A DNA stretch of 64,000 nucleotides from Octopus sinensis (GCF_006345805.1 NC_042999.1:13702001-13766000); one strand, 5' to 3'. Shown: positions 25,098-38,095, counted from the first letter of the stretch. Notes: generated from the letters alone by a model not told the origin. A program made the numbers and translations.

Positions 25098-25375
25098 GAG
25101 TGGTTCTCAACCATTTTTTATCTATGGACCCCTTTGAATACTATTTTATTCTGGTGGGTCCCCATAACCATTCAATGTTTCAAAACTAGTTTTATAGAAA
25201 CTTCTTTCAAAATTCCTATTTTACTTTTTCACACACTAACTAACTATGTAAAAGGTTAGAGAAAGAAATCTAGTTGTTTCTTGCAACCTTAAAATACTAC
25301 TGCGAACCCCCAATTTACTATTTTGCTTGTGTGGGACCCCAAAAGTTGTACATGGATCCTAGTTGAGAACCACTG
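25098..25375. mobile_element. hAT-Charlie-type MITE
   Basis: TIRs (g)agtggttctcaac / gttgagaaccactg, the CAGTGGTTCTCAAC pattern of Charlie/MER5-like elements. Confidence 0.8.
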
Positions 25376-25639
25376 TTTTGTAGTGTCTACAAAAGGCAAT
25401 ATAACATTTTATTCCCAGCTGTGATTGAAAAGACCTGACAAGTAAAGTGAGATCACAACTGTAACCTATACCGGTGTCGTATAAACAGCCCATTTAAAAG
25501 TACACTTGAATCATCGAGCGATGTGCTGCGCTTCAGAAGACCAACTGTGTCATGTAAAATCAATTTTTAAAAATTAATAAATAAAAATAAAAATAAAAAA
25601 AAGATCGAAATAAAAAAAATGGAAATTGTAGTTGAGTCT

Positions 25640-26050
25640 AATGCCAGTACCGCCTGACTGGCACCCATGCTGGTGGCACGTAATAAACACCATTCAAATG
25701 TAAGCTGTTGCCAGCGCGGCTGACTGGCTCCACATGCCCGTGGCATGTAAAACACACCATCCAAACGTGGTCAATGCCAACACCCCTGCCCTGACTGGCT
25801 CTTGTGCCGGTAGCACATAAAAAGCACCATCTGAACAAGGCCAATGTCAGTGCCGCCTGACTGGCTCCTGTGCCAGTGGCACATAAAAAGCACACCCTAC
25901 ACTCTTGGAGTGGTTGGCATAAGGAAGGGCATCCAGCTGTAGAAACCTTGCCAGATCAGATTGGAGCCTCGTGCAGCCTCCTGGCTTGCCAGTCCCCAGT
26001 CAAACCATCCAACCATGCCAGCATGGAAAACGGACGTTAAACAATGATGA
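25640..26050 (+). mobile_element. SINE family D with 4-5 unit internal array (duplicated at about 27445-27860)
   Basis: Repeated ctgactggct.c.gtgcc.gtggcac.taaaaagcac units, conserved core, tail acgttaaacaatgatgat. Confidence 0.85.
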
Positions 26051-26602
26051 TCTGAAAATAAAATACATATAACATTAAAATATCTAAAACAGAATTTTAA
26101 TGCATTTCTGATTCTAATATCACCCATTTATATATTTCCTGTGGTGAGAAGAAAGGCACTCAGCCATAAAAAAAGGAATTGATCCAACATATTCTCATCT
26201 GACCCATGCAAGCATGGAAAATTAGATGTAAAAAGGATGACGGCAATGATGATGTGTATCTTATTATAATAATTACTTTTCTCAATCTAAGCCAAATATC
26301 CTGATTAGTTTGTTCTTTAAATAAATCTACCAGAAATATAATTATGAATTGGCTACAATTCAAAACAGACATTTTAACATTTGGGTTGCCTAAAACAATC
26401 AGAATTTATCAACAAATATATGAAACTTAAATCAAATTTAACAGTAAAAATATTTGTTAAAACGAGTGAAATTTACATATCATCATCATCATCATTTAAC
26501 GTTCGTTTTCCATGCAGGCATGGCTTTGATAAGCTGGGTCTATATATATATTACGTTCGCTATTTTCCAGTAAATATCGGTGCTTTGCTGTGCCATTATT
26601 TA

Positions 26603-26643
<41 letters not shown>

Positions 26644-26874
26644 CTATGTGTGTGTTTGTGTGTCTGTGTTTGTCCCCCTAGCATTGCTTGACAACCGATG
26701 CTGGTGTGTTTACGTCCCCGTTACTTAGCGGTTCGGCAAAAGAGACCGATAGAATAAGTGCTGGGCTTACAAAGAATAAGTCCCGAGGTCGAGTTGCTCA
26801 ATTAAAGGCGGTGCTCCAGCATGGCCGCAGTCAAATGACTGAAACAAGTAAAAGAGTAAAAGAGAAAGAGTAAA

Positions 26875-27181
26875 GAGTGGTTCTCAACCATTTTTTATCT
26901 ATGGACCCCTTTGAATACTATTTTATTCTGGTGGGTCCCCATAACCATTCAATGTTTCAAAACTAGTTTTATAGAAACTTCTTTCAAAATTCCTATTTTA
27001 CTTTTTCACACACTAACTTGTATAGGTTGAACTATGTAAAAGGTTAGAGAAAGAAATCTAGTTGTTTCTTGCAATAAATACATCCAAAGTAACCTTAAAA
27101 TACTACTGCGAACCCCCAATTTACTATTTTGCTTGTGTGGGACCCCAAAAGTTGTACATGGATCCTAGTTGAGAACCACTG
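26875..27181. mobile_element. hAT-Charlie-type MITE, second copy inside the tandem duplication
   Basis: Same TIRs as 25098-25375; about 30 bp longer internally. Confidence 0.8.
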
Positions 27182-28411
27182 TTTTGTAGTGTCTACAAAA
27201 GGCAATATAACATTTTATTCCCAGCTGTGATTGAAAAGACCTGACAAGTAAAGTGAGATCACAACTGTAACCTATACCGGTGTCGTATAAACAGCCCATT
27301 TAAAAGTACACTTGAATCATCGAGCGATGTGCTGCGCTTCAGAAGACCAACTGTGTCATGTAAAATCAATTTTAAAAAATTAATAAATAAAAATAAAAAT
27401 AAAAAAAAGATCGAAATAAAAAAAATGGAAATTGTAGTTGAGTCTAATGCCAGTACCGCCTGACTGGCACCCATGCTGGTGGCACGTAATAAACACCATT
27501 CAAATGTAAGCTGTTGCCAGCGCCGCCTGACTGGCTCCACATGCCCGTGGCATGTAAAACACACCATCCAAACGTGGTCAATGCCAACACCCCTGCCCTG
27601 ACTGGCTCTTGTGCCGGTAGCACATAAAAAGCACCATCTGAACAAGGCCAATGTCAGTGCCGCCTGACTGGCTCCTGTGCCAGTGGCACATAAAAAGCAC
27701 ACCCTACACTCTTGGAGTGGTTGGCATAAGGAAGGGCATCCAGCTGTAGAAACCTTGCCAGATCAGATTGGAGCCTCGTGCAGCCTCCTGGCTTGCCAGT
27801 CCCCAGTCAAACCATCCAACCCATGCCAGCATGGAAAACGGACGTTAAACAATGATGATCTGAAAATAAAATACATATAACATTAAAATATCTAAAACAG
27901 AATTTTAATGCATTTCTGATTCTAATATCACCCATTTATATATTTCCTGTGGTGAGAAGAAAGGCACTCAGCCATAAAAAAAGGAATTGATCCAACATAT
28001 TCTCATCTGACCCATGCAAGCATGGAAAATTAGATGTAAAAAGGATGACGGCAATGATGATGTGTATCTTATTATAATAATTACTTTTCTCAATCTAAGC
28101 CAAATATCCTGATTAGTTTGTTCTTTAAATAAATCTACCAGAAATATAATTATGAATTGGCTACAATTCAAAACAGACATTTTAACATTTGGGTTGCCTA
28201 AAACAATCAGAATTTATCAACAAATATATGAAACTTAAATCAAATTTAACAGTAAAAATATTTGTTAAAACGAGTGAAATTTACATATCATCATCATCAT
28301 CATTTAACGTTCGTTTTCCATGCAGGCATGGCTTTGATAAGCTGGGTCTATATATATATTACGTTCGCTATTTTCCAGTAAATATCGGTGCTTTGCTGTG
28401 CCATTTATTTA

Positions 28412-28470
<59 letters not shown>

Positions 28471-28480
28471 ATATGTTTGT

Positions 28481-28676
28481 GTGTCTGTGTTTGTTCCCCC
28501 AACATCGCTTGACAACCGATGGTGGTGTGTTTGCGTCCCTGTAACTTAGCGATTCGGCAAAAGAGACAGATAGAATAAGTACTCGGCTTACAAAGAATAA
28601 GTGCTTGGGTCAATTTTCTTGACTAAAGGTGGTGCTCCAGCATGACCGCAGTCAAATGACAGAAATAAGTAAAAGA
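28481..28676 (+). mobile_element. SINE family A, 3' half
   Basis: gtgtctgtgtttgttcccccaacatcgcttgacaacc...gtcaaatgac; inverted partner at 28921-29115. Confidence 0.9.
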
Positions 28677-28920
28677 GGGAAAGTGTAAAGAAAGAATTGA
28701 CAGGAATTGGTAAGCTAGAGAACTGCACCAGGCTCCAGTTTCTGTTTTCACATGATTTCTACAGCTGGATGACGTTCCTAACACCAATCACTTAATAGAG
28801 TGTACTAGGTGCTTTTTGGTGGCACCAGCACCAGCAGGGTAGCCAAGTAATTTGCAAGACCATAGAGGAGATATTTGATAGTTCAGTTAGTGGAGCAAAG
28901 GACTGTACTCTCTCTTTATT

Positions 28921-29393
28921 CTTTTCCTTGTTTCAGTCATTTGACTGCGGCCATGCTGGAGCACCACCTTTAGTCAAGAAAATTGACCCAGGCACTTATT
29001 CTTTGTAAGCCGAGTACTTATTCTATCTGTCTCTTTTGCTGAATTGCTAAGTTACAGGGACGCAAACACCACCATCGGTTGTCAAGCGATGTTGGGGGAA
29101 CAAACACAGACACACAAACAAATACACACACACATACATACATACATACATATATATATATATATAATATATATATATATATAATATATATATATATATG
29201 TATATGTATATATATATGTATACATATATATGACGGGCTTCTTTCAGTTTTCATTTACCAAATCCATTTACAAGGCTTTGGTTGGCCCGAGGCTATAATA
29301 GCAGACTCATGCCCAAGGTGCCACACAGTGAAACTGAACCCAGAACCATGAAGTTGGTAAGCAGGCTACTTACCACACAGCCACTCCTGCACC
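28921..29393 (-). mobile_element. SINE family A, full length
   Basis: Head at 29393, central TA tract, 3' half sharing private variants with 28481-28676. Confidence 0.9.
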
Positions 29394-29807
29394 TTTGTAG
29401 TGTAAGTTTTACACAAATGCACAAATATTTTATAACGGGCATTGCAGAGTATAACATTATTGTCTATAATAACAATACTATCCATAGGCATTACTGTCAG
29501 ATGAAGAAGTTCACCTCTCAACCAAGAAGCCTCAGGCAGCCCCACTGCATGGGTGAGTGTCTTTTACTATAGACCCAGCTAATCAAAGCCATGTGAGTGA
29601 ATTTGGTAATAGGAAACTAAAAGAAGCCTATCGGGCGCAAGAGTGGCTGTGTGGTAAGTAGCTTGCTTAAAACCACATGGTTCCGGGTTAAGTCCCACTG
29701 TGTGGCACCTTAGGCAAGTGTCTTCTACTATAGCCTAGGGCCGACCAAAGCCTTGTGAGTGGATTTGGTAGATGGAAACTGAAAGAAGCCCGTCGTATAT
29801 ATGTATG

Positions 29808-29842
<35 letters not shown>

Positions 29843-30639
29843 CAAATAAGAAAACGGAGGAGAATAATAAGTGGTTCATCAACTTTTAGACATTAAATTA
29901 TGTTAACTTATTTATTTATTAAACTGATAATTACAATAACATACATACATATAGTATATAACATATTATTTACATATAAGATATAAAATATAGTAATATA
30001 TAAGGACACCAGAGTGTATGTTCGTGTGTCTGTTTGTCCCCCCAAACATCGCTTGACAACTGATGATGGTATGTTTACATTCCTGTAACTTGATGATGAT
30101 GATGAGGGGAGAGGAGGAGGATGTCGCAAAGCTTGAAGTAAGTTTCTGATTAATCAAACAAGTTCTGATTAATGACTAAAGTATTTGTTTTGACTACAAT
30201 TTATGCTGTTAATGTCATAAAATGCCATCTTGTACCAGAAAAATATTGGTTCTTTGTTCCCAATAAAATGGAAATAAAAACAAAAACGTTTGAAGTGGAA
30301 ATATCAATTTTCCTCTTAATAGAAAAGTAGCTAGACTTAAATATTTGGATATGTAATTAGAGAATAACGAACAAAGTATAATTCTTGAGTGAATTTGATA
30401 TAATTATGAAACGATGACATTGTAAAATAATTCTGATAAAGAAATGGATTTTCTAAAAATGAAACAACTCAACATCATCACCATCGTTTAACACCCACTT
30501 TTCTATGGTTGTATGGATCAGATGGGATTCACTCTAAGGCAGATTTTCTGTGGTGGAAAGCCCTGCCTCCCACCAGCCCACACCTGGTTACAGTGTAACA
30601 GACATGCATACATATATATGTATACACACACACATATAT

Positions 30640-31085
30640 ATCAAATACAAAATAGGGCAAGAACGCAAAACATCCGGACAACTAGGTGATACAAAAAGGG
30701 ACAACAAAACATCCATATAGACAATACAAAAAAACAAGGACAGGTCATTCAAAGCCTTTTATCTTCGGTCAAGTACAGGATCATCCTCGCAATTTCAGTT
30801 GATTAATCTTGAGATTACTCCAATCTGGCCAGCCCCAAGGAAAAACTAAGCTAAGAGCATTAGATTCCTTGGAAGAAAGCATCAAATGTATACAAAAACA
30901 AGGACGGAAAAACAGACGATGTTACATAAACATAAATATAAAATACAATGAAAAAATAATAATAATAACAACGACAGGACATAACAACAGGTGTCTTTCG
31001 ACTGGGGATGAATTGAATTCAGCTGGCGTGTGTGGAAATGAAGCCTTACGGCAGAGATACATAGCTTTCATAAACACGGGAAGAT
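30640..31085. repeat. Unclassified interspersed-repeat-like segment
   Basis: Strongly strand-skewed A/C-rich segment between a TA/CA tract and a SINE; no credible ORF; class not determined. Confidence 0.35.
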
Positions 31086-31644
31086 TTTGTCTGCCCTTGT
31101 TTGTCCTCTCTGTAATTTAGCTCCTTGTGGGTAGTAAAGAAATAGGTATTTCGTCTGCCGTTACGTTCCGAGTTCAAATTCTGCCGAGGTCAACTTTGCC
31201 TTTCATCCTTTCGGGATCCATAAATTAAGTACCAGTTATGCACTGGAGTCAATGTAATCAACTTAGTCCCTTTGTCTGTCCTTGTTTGTCCCCTCTATGT
31301 TTAGCCCCTTGTGGGCAATAAGGAAATAAGAAACTGAAAGAAGGCTTTGAGTATGTTGTGTGTGTGTGTATTTATCCCCCACCACTACTTGACAACCAGT
31401 GTTGGTATATTTATGTCTCGGTAATTTAAAGGTTCAGCAAAGAGACTGACAGAACAAGTACCAGGATTGTTTTTAAAAAAAGCCCTGGGGTTGAATTGTT
31501 CAAGTAAAACCCTTCGAGGCAGTGCCCCAGCATGGCCAGTAAAATGATTGAAACAAGATAAAAGATAAAAGAACAGTATTTGGATTTCAGAGATTTCAGA
31601 ATTGTAAAAAAAAAAAGATTTTTTTCCCAAAGAAATTTAGGATA

Positions 31645-31809
31645 GGTGTAGATGTGGCTGTGTAGTAAGTAGTTTGCTTACAAGCCACATAGTTCCGGGT
31701 TCAGTCCCACAGCGTGGCATCTTAGGCAAGTGTCTTCTACTATAGCCTCGGGCTGACCAAAGCCTTATGAGTGGATTTGGTAGACAGAAACTCAAAGAAG
31801 CCCGTAGTA

Positions 31810-31858
<49 letters not shown>

Positions 31859-32090
31859 GTGTGTGTGTGTGTACGTTTTTGTGTCTGTGTTTGTCCCCCC
31901 AACAACGCTTGACAACCGATGCTGGTGTTTACATCCCCGTAACTTAGCGGTTCGGCAAAAGAGACCAATAGAACAAGTACTAGGCTTACAAGGAATAAGT
32001 CCTGGGATTGATTTGCTAGACTAAATGCGGTACTCCAGCATGGCCACAGTCAAATGACTGGAACAAGTAAAAGAGTAAAGAGTAAGAGTA
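31645..32090 (+). mobile_element. SINE family A, full length
   Basis: Canonical head, (TA)n centre, 3' agagtaaagagtaagagta. Confidence 0.9.
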
Positions 32091-33483
32091 TAGGGAAAAG
32101 GGAAACATATTTTGACGAAAAGAAAAAGGAAAAAAAAAAATGGTGATCGGTACAGAAGCACAATCAGATCTCTAACATTCAAAATAGAGAAATCCAAAGA
32201 CATTTTTGAAGAAGGAAAAGAATAAAAAAAAAAACAAATTTAGAAGGATGGTACACGAAAAGTTTGTTTTGAAAAAGATAAAATAATAAATAAAACAACA
32301 TAGCAAAAATAAATATGATTTATTTATTTTGAAGAATTTACTTATTCATTTCCGTAAATTCAGAAAAGCCGAGTTAGCTTTTCACTTTACCCCCATTATT
32401 GCTTGTCTCCATTCTAATTATGTTGCTTTCATCCACTTTTGCCAATATTTCCAGGAGAGCTCATTAAAAGAAAGTCTGGTTAATGATATGACATGCCAAC
32501 ATTTCTCAAAGAAAATGCAATTATAATTCTATAACTCCACAGTTAATCTCTGCTAATAATGGTGATTGATGAAAAAGTAGGTAAGACTCTGCAGATATTT
32601 TTGCCTTCCTCTTTGTTATTTCATTTTTTTTTTTTTTGCAGCTGAGAGGCAGAGTTCATTAATACAGCCTCATATTAACGAATTCTTTCATCAGAGCAGA
32701 CTATTCTTTCACATATATTGTTCTTCTACAATTAATTTGCTCCGTATTATAAATCACTGCAATCGCAACATTTTCTTTTTTTTTTTTTTATACTTCTTTA
32801 TATTCTTATTTTTTTTATTATTCCAATGGCATTCTTCCATCACTAATCAAATCCATTTTTATAAATTTGTTGCTTAATCTACAACATATTAAAACTATTC
32901 CTTTTTGAGACGTGTCCGCATGTAATGCTACTGATGCATAAAGAAATGTAAGTCAAGTACATTGACATACATTTCTCTGAAACAGATATCCAATAATACA
33001 CAAAAGATATTTCATTCACACCATGGAGCCATGTCTAATTGTTTACAAGATATCACATGCATAACTGTGTGGCTGAAAAGCTTGCTTTCCAACAGTATCA
33101 TTTCGAGTTCAATCTCACTGAATGCCACTTAGGGAAAGCTTTCTACTATAGCTCCTGTGGCTTAGTGGTTAAAGTGTTAGACTCATGATCATAAGGTTGT
33201 GGTTTCAATTCCTGGGCCGGGCGACGCGTTGTGTTCTTGAGCAAAATACTTCGTTTCACGTTGCTCCGGTCCACTCGGCTGATGAAAATAAATAACCCTG
33301 TGAGGGACCAGTGACCCATCTGGGTGGGGAATTTATACGGCATGGGAACCAGCCCATATGATTCACCATGAATCAAGAAGGTAACCCTTACCTTTCTTTA
33401 CTATAACTCCAGGCTAACCAAAATCTTTCAAGTGGGGTTGGTAGATGGAAACTGGAAGAAGCTTGCCATGTGTTGTATGTATG

Positions 33484-33519
<36 letters not shown>

Positions 33520-33802
33520 TGTTTGTCATTTGACTGTGCCCATGCTGGAACACTGCCTTTAGTTGAGCAAATCAACCCCAGAACTTATTCTTTGTAAGCC
33601 TGGTACTTATTCTACGTAAAAGTGAAAAATATATCTGGCTATGAGGAAAATATTACCTTGCTTGGAAACAGGTGAGGGTGGTTGACAGGATGAGCAACCA
33701 GCTATAGAAAATCTGCCTAAATAAATTCCGTGTAACCCATGCAGGCATGGAAAAGTGGACATTAAATGATGATGTGGAAGATGCTGATGATATGCATATG
33801 CA

Positions 33803-33845
<43 letters not shown>

Positions 33846-33876
33846 TGTTTTGAATCCAGTGATGGTTGTAGATGAG

Positions 33877-34297
33877 AAATACCTATTTCTTTACTACCCA
33901 CAAGGGGCTAAACACAGAGAGGACAAACAAGGACAGATAAATGGATTAAGTCGATTATATCGACCCCAGTGCGTAACTGGTACTTAATTTATCAACCCCG
34001 AAAGGATGAAAGGTAAAGTCAACCTCAGCGGAATTTGAACTCAGAAAGTAGCGGCAGACGAAATACCTATTTCTTTACTACCCACAAGGGGCTAAACACA
34101 GAGGGGACAAACAAGGACAGACAAATGGATTAAGTTGATTATATCGACCCCAGTGTGTAACTGGTACTTAATTTATCAACCCTGAAAGTATGAAAGGCAA
34201 AGTTGACCTCGGTGGAATTTGAACTCAGAACGTAACGGCAGATGAAATACGGCTACGCACTTCGCCCAGCGTGCTAACGCTTCTGCCAGTTCGCCGC
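33877..34297 (-). mobile_element. SINE family C head-to-tail dimer (plus leading junction)
   Basis: Two units of about 190 bp joined by gacgaaatacctatttc; A-box end cgtgctaacgcttctgccagttcgccgc only once. Confidence 0.9.
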
Positions 34298-35079
34298 TTT
34301 TTAGATGAGAATTACCATCATACAACTGATGTCAGTCATTTCCAGACTTCCATGGAAAATATTACGTTTTTCGGAAGAAGGTATGGGTTGGGGATACGAA
34401 AGGCATTCAGCTGAAGAAAATCTGCTCCAACAAATTGTGTGACTCATGCAAGCATGGAAAAACAGATGTTAAATAGAGATGATGATAATCATAAAGATTC
34501 TGCAAGTTATGATTCATTTACATAAATTGATTGATAATCTATTATCAGAATATTTCCAAGTGAACGTGTATTTATTATGGACATTGAGTAAAAAAATTTG
34601 CATATCATTTCTTTCTTTTTTTCACATGTTGACCTGTTGACCTTTATAAAGATATTAACTGTTCATTAAATAAACAACCACATGACAATCTCAGTTTGCA
34701 TATAATCATGAAATTTATCATTACTATTATATGAACCCATTAACCTTTTCACATTGAAAATGAACTGGGGGTATTTGTAATTTCGTAAAATGTCACGGAC
34801 AAGAAAAAATAAATACGCAACACAGCAAAAAGGCTTAGTGAGTTTAGTTAGCAGCTACTGGGTCTAAATAACATTTGGTTATTATCATCATCCATAGCTA
34901 ACTAACATCGGAGTGAAAACAGCTTAGAGTAAAAAAATGAATTACAATAGCTGATATTTACAAATCTTGCTGGGAAGATAATTAAAGATAACCAATGATT
35001 TACTTATAAATGTTAGATATACTGTAGATTAAGAAACTAAGGATTTGTTTTTTTTAAGAAAGATTATATCTGAGTGAAG

Positions 35080-35660
35080 ATGAATATGTTGATTGCTGCT
35101 GTATTTCATCATTCGGGAACACCTTCTTTCCGACAATGTGTGATCGTAATACATTTGGTTATTGATGTAAAGAATGAGGCACTCATGTTTCAACCTGATG
35201 GGATCACTTCAGTCAAAGCTACACCCAGATCAATGATCTACACAAGAGTGATGGTTCTTTTTTATAAAAGTCAGTAAGGAAATTATTTGCTGATAACTGC
35301 TAAATGGATAAATAAATTATTATGTGCAGAAAGAAAAGTGAGGATCAAAATGAGGGTATACACATCCATTTTTTATAAATTCCAGAACAGGAAAATGTTA
35401 ATTGTTGCATTTGATCATCAGAAAACACCTCCTTTCAGATAATGCCTGCTGACAACACCATCAAGCCACCAACGTAAGGAGACCTTCAGATACTGGTGTT
35501 TCAACCTGGTTGTGTCTCTTCAGTCAAAGTTACATCCAGATCAACGATTTTAAACAAGAGTGGAGGTTCTTGTTTAAAGAAATCAGCAAACCAATTATTT
35601 GCTGATGTCAGTCAGACCAATAATAAATTATCCTGGGCACAGAGAGTAATGAGAATCTAA
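35080..35660. repeat. Diverged tandem duplication, period about 312 bp
   Basis: tttcaacctga..cttcagtcaaagctacacccagatcaatgat at about 35188 versus tttcaacctgg..cttcagtcaaagttacatccagatcaacgat at about 35500; similarity extends to attatttgctgat and aaataaattat downstream and to aacacct.cttt upstream. Confidence 0.75.
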
Positions 35661-35794
35661 ACAATCACATATTCATACTTAATATGTTTCGGCAGATTTT
35701 AACGAGAATTGTTAAATGATGTTTTGTTGTTGTATTTCAACAAAATACAGCAGTCATCATCATCATCATTTAATGTCCGTTGTCCATGCTGACA

Positions 35795-35990
35795 TGGATT
35801 GGACAATTTTTCCTTTGATAAAGGTAGCTTTTGCACATTTGTTGAGGCCAAATTGCATTCTGATGTCATCACTGAATTGTTTAACAATCACTAGTAAGCC
35901 CTTGAGTTGTTGGTCATTTTTTGCAAAGAGCTTTAAATCATCCATGTAAATAAGATGATTTATATTTTTATCAAACATTTTATAAATGTC
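35795..35990 (-). mobile_element. Non-LTR retrotransposon RT fragment, R4/Dong-like
   Basis: INHLIYMDDLKLFAKNDQQLKGLLVIVKQFSDDIRMQFGLNKCAKATFIKGK contains the catalytic YMDD motif with the HL.YMDDLKL and FS.DI.M.FGL.KC context of R4-type RTs. Confidence 0.85.
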
Positions 35991-35991
35991 C

Positions 35992-36180
35992 CTGTGCCAG
36001 AGGTACGTAAAAAGCACCCACTACACTCTTGGAGTGGTTGGCGTTCGGAAGGGCATCCAGCTGTGGAAACACTGCCAGATCAGATTGGAGCCTGGTGCAG
36101 CCTCCTGGCTTCCCAGACCACAGTCAAACCATCCAACCCATGCCAGCAGGGAAAACAGACATTAAACGATGATGATGATG
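35992..36180 (+). mobile_element. SINE family D
   Basis: gtgccagaggtacgtaaaaagcacccactacactc...acattaaacgatgatgatgatg. Confidence 0.9.
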
Positions 36181-36321
36181 TGTGTAAGTGCAACAGAGTT
36201 TAAGGTCAAACTGTGCCAAACAGTTTCACTCTACATACTTTAGCCCCGTTACCATAGCAACAGACCCACTACTTTTTGTTCAAACTTTGTATCTTTTAAT
36301 CTTCAAAGTCCTGCCACTTAC

Positions 36322-36459
36322 CTTAGAACAGTCTTGGACAAGCATCACTTGACACACTTCACATTTAAGTAGAGCCAGAGTATGCATCATGATTTTGTGG
36401 ATTAAATTGGCCACAGTATGTTGGTCCTCAAATATTACCCGTGCAAGATCAAGAAGAAC
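36322..36459 (-). CDS. Internal coding exon of a GAF-domain cyclic-nucleotide phosphodiesterase (PDE5/PDE6/PDE11 group), start of GAF-B
   Basis: Minus strand reads atttatttcag|GTTCTTCTT...TGTTCTAAG|gtaagt: canonical acceptor and donor, 138 bp = 46 codons, phase 0-0, no stop. Translation VLLDLARVIFEDQHTVANLIHKIMMHTLALLKCEVCQVMLVQDCSK resembles the VLLDLA.(L/M)IFEEQ segment that opens GAF-B in PDE5A, PDE11A and the Drosophila homologues (recalled, not searched). Orthologue not assignable from one exon. Confidence 0.9.
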
Positions 36460-36519
36460 CTGAAATAAATATAAAATATCAATTATTATTATCATCATCA
36501 TTATTATTAATATATCAAG

Positions 36520-36725
36520 GCTGCGAACTGGCAGAATCATTAGCACGCCGGGCGAAATGCTTCGTGGTATTTCATCTGTCTTTATGTTCTGAGTTCAAAC
36601 TCCACCGAAGTCAACTTTGCTTTTCATCCTTTCGGAGTTGATAAATTAAGTACCGGTTGTGTACTGGGATCAATCTAATCGACTGGCCCCTTCCCCCAAA
36701 ATTTCCTGCCTTGTGCCTAGAGTAG
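36520..36725 (+). mobile_element. SINE family C monomer
   Basis: A-box-like TGGCAGAATCATTAGC, B-box-like GAGTTCAAACTCC, central gtcaactttgcttttcatcctttcggagttgataaattaagtacc. Similar copies at 12745, 12980, 13365, 41085-41600, 46395, 46600, 53785, 54920, 57410 and 59663. Confidence 0.85.
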
Positions 36726-37509
36726 AAAAGATTATTATTATTATTATTATTATTATCATTATATCAAGGCTTTGGTTGGCACAGGGCTATAGTAGAAGAC
36801 ACCTGCCCAAGGTTCCACACAGTGGGACTGAACCTAAGACCAGATGGTTGGGAAGCAAACTTAATCACAGAGCCTCATCTATAACGGTGGGATATATCAC
36901 AGCTGGAACACATTTAATCATAATTCTGCTCAATCAGGAATGACCTGGAGCTATACAACACCACTAATAAACAGGGAACCCTTAAGGGGACATTCTCATT
37001 TACTGCCTTTCTTAAACTGAAAAATCAACAAGGCATCAGATAAGATGCTATAAGAAATATTCTTTTTTTTCATGTCACTCCTCTGATTGGTTGGTGCCAA
37101 ATTCATTGCCATAGAAACAAACAAAAAAAAAAAGAAAACGAAGAAAAAAAGTTGAATTAACTTTCACTTCCAATTTGTTTCTCACTAATTAATTGGGCTA
37201 TAATTATTGGCACATTGACAAAATAACAAATACTGATGGCAATTAGGCAGAGGAGTAGTATAGAAGTTCCTCTGGTTTTAACTTCTTGAAACATGTAATT
37301 CCGCACACTGGCAGGATTCTTGAGATGAAATGGTAGACACCTCTCACTTGCAAGGTTTTCTTCACATTCCATATAAAAGAAAAAAAATATACAAATAATT
37401 CTATTTATTTATTACCCTTTAGCTTAATAGCCACCTTCACATGATTAGCAAATATTGCTAGGAGTTTGGTTTAACATGCCAAGACAGATGCTATTGCTGC
37501 TGCTGCTGC

Positions 37510-37584
<75 letters not shown>

Positions 37585-37585
<1 letters not shown>

Positions 37586-38095
37586 TGCCCTGATACAGTA
37601 CCAAACAGTCACCCTCATGGCTTCAGATCTTAACTGATTGGAAGTGTTTTCATGTACATTGTTTGTCTTGGTGTAAAAGATGGGATACAACAAATATTCT
37701 GCTCAATACCACAGATTTGCTTGTCAGCTGTTTGACCTTAACCAGTTGAGCATGTCCCTTAGTGGCTGATGATATGTGCATCTCTGATCATGAGCAGAAG
37801 TAGTGGGGGAGCATCATAGCCATGTGTTGAGAGGGATTCTTTGGGGTTTGAATAATTCACCTCTGGAAACATAGGTGCTCCATTCAACATCTTTAAATAA
37901 CCCTTATTCAGGGACCTTTTGAGTGAGATGGGTTATTCGACCGAAGAAAATTCTAACTGGGCCCCACCTGCAAGGTCATGTGCTATTTATCTTGATATGC
38001 GATCACCATGTCGTGCACATATGGTTGTGATGCATGTGCCTAGTGAACCCTTATCAGATGGGTATACTGGGCTTCGTATATTGGGCTTTAAAATG
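37585..38095 (-). mobile_element. Retroelement 3' region ending in an (ATT)n tail (unclassified)
   Basis: GC-richer non-coding segment abutting a long (AAT)n tract, which reads ...gggcatattattatt on the minus strand. Confidence 0.45.

Larger units (their letters stand above)
24835..28445. repeat. Direct tandem duplication, unit about 1.8 kb, two copies
   Basis: tgtatctatgtgtgtgtttg at 24861 recurs at 26639 (offset 1778); the copies are near-identical through to gctgtgccatt(t)atttacttttata at about 26590 and 28400; copy 2 has two extra short segments near 27020 and 27075. Confidence 0.95.

Noticed and set aside
30740-30830. Additional hammerhead motif on the minus strand
   Set aside because: CCGAAGA and GAAA-like words are present, but I could not build consistent stems.
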